Shown piece by piece: positions 62,942-64,000 of a DNA stretch of 64,000 bases. The translations under genes were made by a program, and so were the position numbers. Below the pieces are notes generated by a model. That model was not told the origin of the DNA. It ran no database searches and saw nothing but the letters and a program-made list of their open reading frames with translations. Every line of letters starts with the position of its first letter. The stretch's first letter is position 1. Source of the DNA: an uncultured Gammaproteobacteria bacterium (GTDB lineage: Bacteria; Pseudomonadota; Gammaproteobacteria; Steroidobacterales; Rariloculaceae); NCBI GenBank assembly GCA_964553875.1, contig CAZKNH010000001.1:62354-126353 (forward strand), written 5' to 3'.

Positions 62942-64000
62942 ATGCGACGATTACTCCACTCCGCGCTCGCTGCGGTCGCCGTCTCGTGCGCCGCGAACGC
63001 CGCTGAATTCGATCTATCGACGGCGACGATCGAAGACATCAACGCCGCGTTCGATGCCGGTGCGCTCACGTCCGAAAGGCTCGTGCAGCTCTATCTGAAT
63101 CGAATCGAGGCGTACGACAAGAACGGACCGAGAATCAACGCGATCATCACGTTGAATCCGGATGCGCTCGAGATCGCTCGAGCCCTCGACGAGGAACGGC
63201 GTACGAAGGGTCCGCGCAGCAAGCTGCACGGGATTCCCGTCGTGTTCAAGGACCTGTTCGACACGAAGGACATGCCGACTACGGCAGGGTTCTTGCCGAT
63301 GAAGGATTCGCAGCCCATTCACGACGCGACCGTCGTCAAGCGATTGCGTGATGCGGGCGCAATCATCTTCGCGAAGGTCAATCTGAGCGACTGGTTCGGC
63401 GTGCCTCCTCCCGGCGATCAGTCGACGGTGCTCGGCCGCACGCTGAATCCGTACAACCTCGAGCTCAGCCCGAGCGGCTCCTCGGGCGGCACGGGCGCGG
63501 CGCTCGCCGCGGGCTTCGCGCAGATCGGGCTCGGCAGCGAGACCGGGACGTCGATTCGCGGACCGAGCGCCGCGAACAGCGTCGTGGGGCTCGCGCCGAC
63601 GCGCGGCCTGATCAGCAGGACCGGTCAGGTGATGACGTCGTTCACGCAGGAGCGCGCCGGCCCGATGGCGCGGTCCGTCTACGACGTCGCGGCGCTGACC
63701 GACGTCATCGCCGGCTTCGATGCGGAGGATCTCGTCACGATGGCGTCGCTCGGACGCACACCGAAGGAGTCCTACACGACGTTCCTGAATCGGGACGGGC
63801 TCAGAGGTGCGCGCATCGGCGTGCTGCGCGACATGTTCCGCAAGGGCGAGAGACACGCGGAAGGCATCGCACTGATCGAGGCCGCGATCGCGCACATGAA
63901 GTCGGAAGGTGCGGTCATCGTCGACGGTCTGACGTTGGGGGTCGACATGTTCCCGCTGATCGACGGAACGGGTCCAGACGCGTTTGCGCGGACGAACTAC
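62942..64000 (+). CDS. secreted amidase-signature enzyme (3' end outside window)
   Basis: I translated this frame by hand; it is open to the end of the window. Signal peptide MRRLLHSALAAVAVSCAANA. Motifs LHGIPVVFKDLFDTKDMPTTAG and the canonical core SGSSGGTGAALAAGFAQIGLGSETGTSIRGPSAANSVVGLAPTRG. Confidence 0.85.
   Translation, partial: MRRLLHSALAAVAVSCAANAAEFDLSTATIEDINAAFDAGALTSERLVQLYLNRIEAYDKNGPRINAIITLNPDALEIARALDEERRTKGPRSKLHGIPVVFKDLFDTKDMPTTAGFLPMKDSQPIHDATVVKRLRDAGAIIFAKVNLSDWFGVPPPGDQSTVLGRTLNPYNLELSPSGSSGGTGAALAAGFAQIGLGSETGTSIRGPSAANSVVGLAPTRGLISRTGQVMTSFTQERAGPMARSVYDVAALTDVIAGFDAEDLVTMASLGRTPKESYTTFLNRDGLRGARIGVLRDMFRKGERHAEGIALIEAAIAHMKSEGAVIVDGLTLGVDMFPLIDGTGPDAFARTNY

Overview
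This 64 kb window looks like high-GC proteobacterial chromosome. It is TonB-receptor rich and carries a cbb3 oxidase. I support about 60 CDS, read mostly from the ORF track with starts trimmed to ATG/GTG codons that have a Shine-Dalgarno or a signal peptide. By eye I found no rRNA, tRNA, CRISPR array, transposase, integrase or phage gene.

Gene content from left to right:
- ppsA 3' end, then a large TonB-dependent receptor (TBDR) with sugar-type enzymes (TIM-barrel isomerase, PQQ sugar dehydrogenase, RidA).
- An MFS transporter and two secreted proteins of unknown function (DUF6152-like plus a partner).
- TauE, DUF488, and an IorAB-type molybdoenzyme.
- A cluster of REP-like palindromes.
- A GyrI-like protein and an MmyB-like regulator.
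- A 4 kb patch that seems lower in G+C. It carries an intact OXA-like class D beta-lactamase, an SCP2/cupin protein and a methyltransferase, interleaved with three gene remnants (two GNAT, one GT1).
- An accessory FtsH paralogue.
- Two Old-Yellow-Enzyme (OYE) reductases around a LysR regulator.
- PhoX, LOG, PutP, a BCCT transporter, an aldo/keto reductase and pirin.
- ccoNOQP, a small ORF, then ccoI-ccoS, with no ccoG or full-length ccoH.
- A DUF6491-like protein, a cytochrome c'-like protein and a fatty-acid hydroxylase.
- A BlaI/BlaR1-like pair whose sensor carries a TonB C-terminal domain.
- A GT2 fusion, a sensor-less histidine kinase and an LpxH-like phosphoesterase.
- An ECF sigma/FecR/STN-TBDR cell-surface-signalling unit joined to DsbA, a paralogous TBDR and two secreted amidases.

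The most interesting items:
- The ECF sigma/FecR/TBDR/DsbA/TBDR/amidase/amidase locus is the best candidate for an undescribed system. Both TBDRs carry a canonical EF-hand-like loop, and the first amidase has a twin CX3C insertion.
- The decayed accessory patch with the OXA-like gene, next to the atypical FtsH.
- The REP-like palindrome family.
- The reduced cco assembly cluster.

All family assignments rest on motif recognition from the translated sequence and on memory of protein families. No database search was run.
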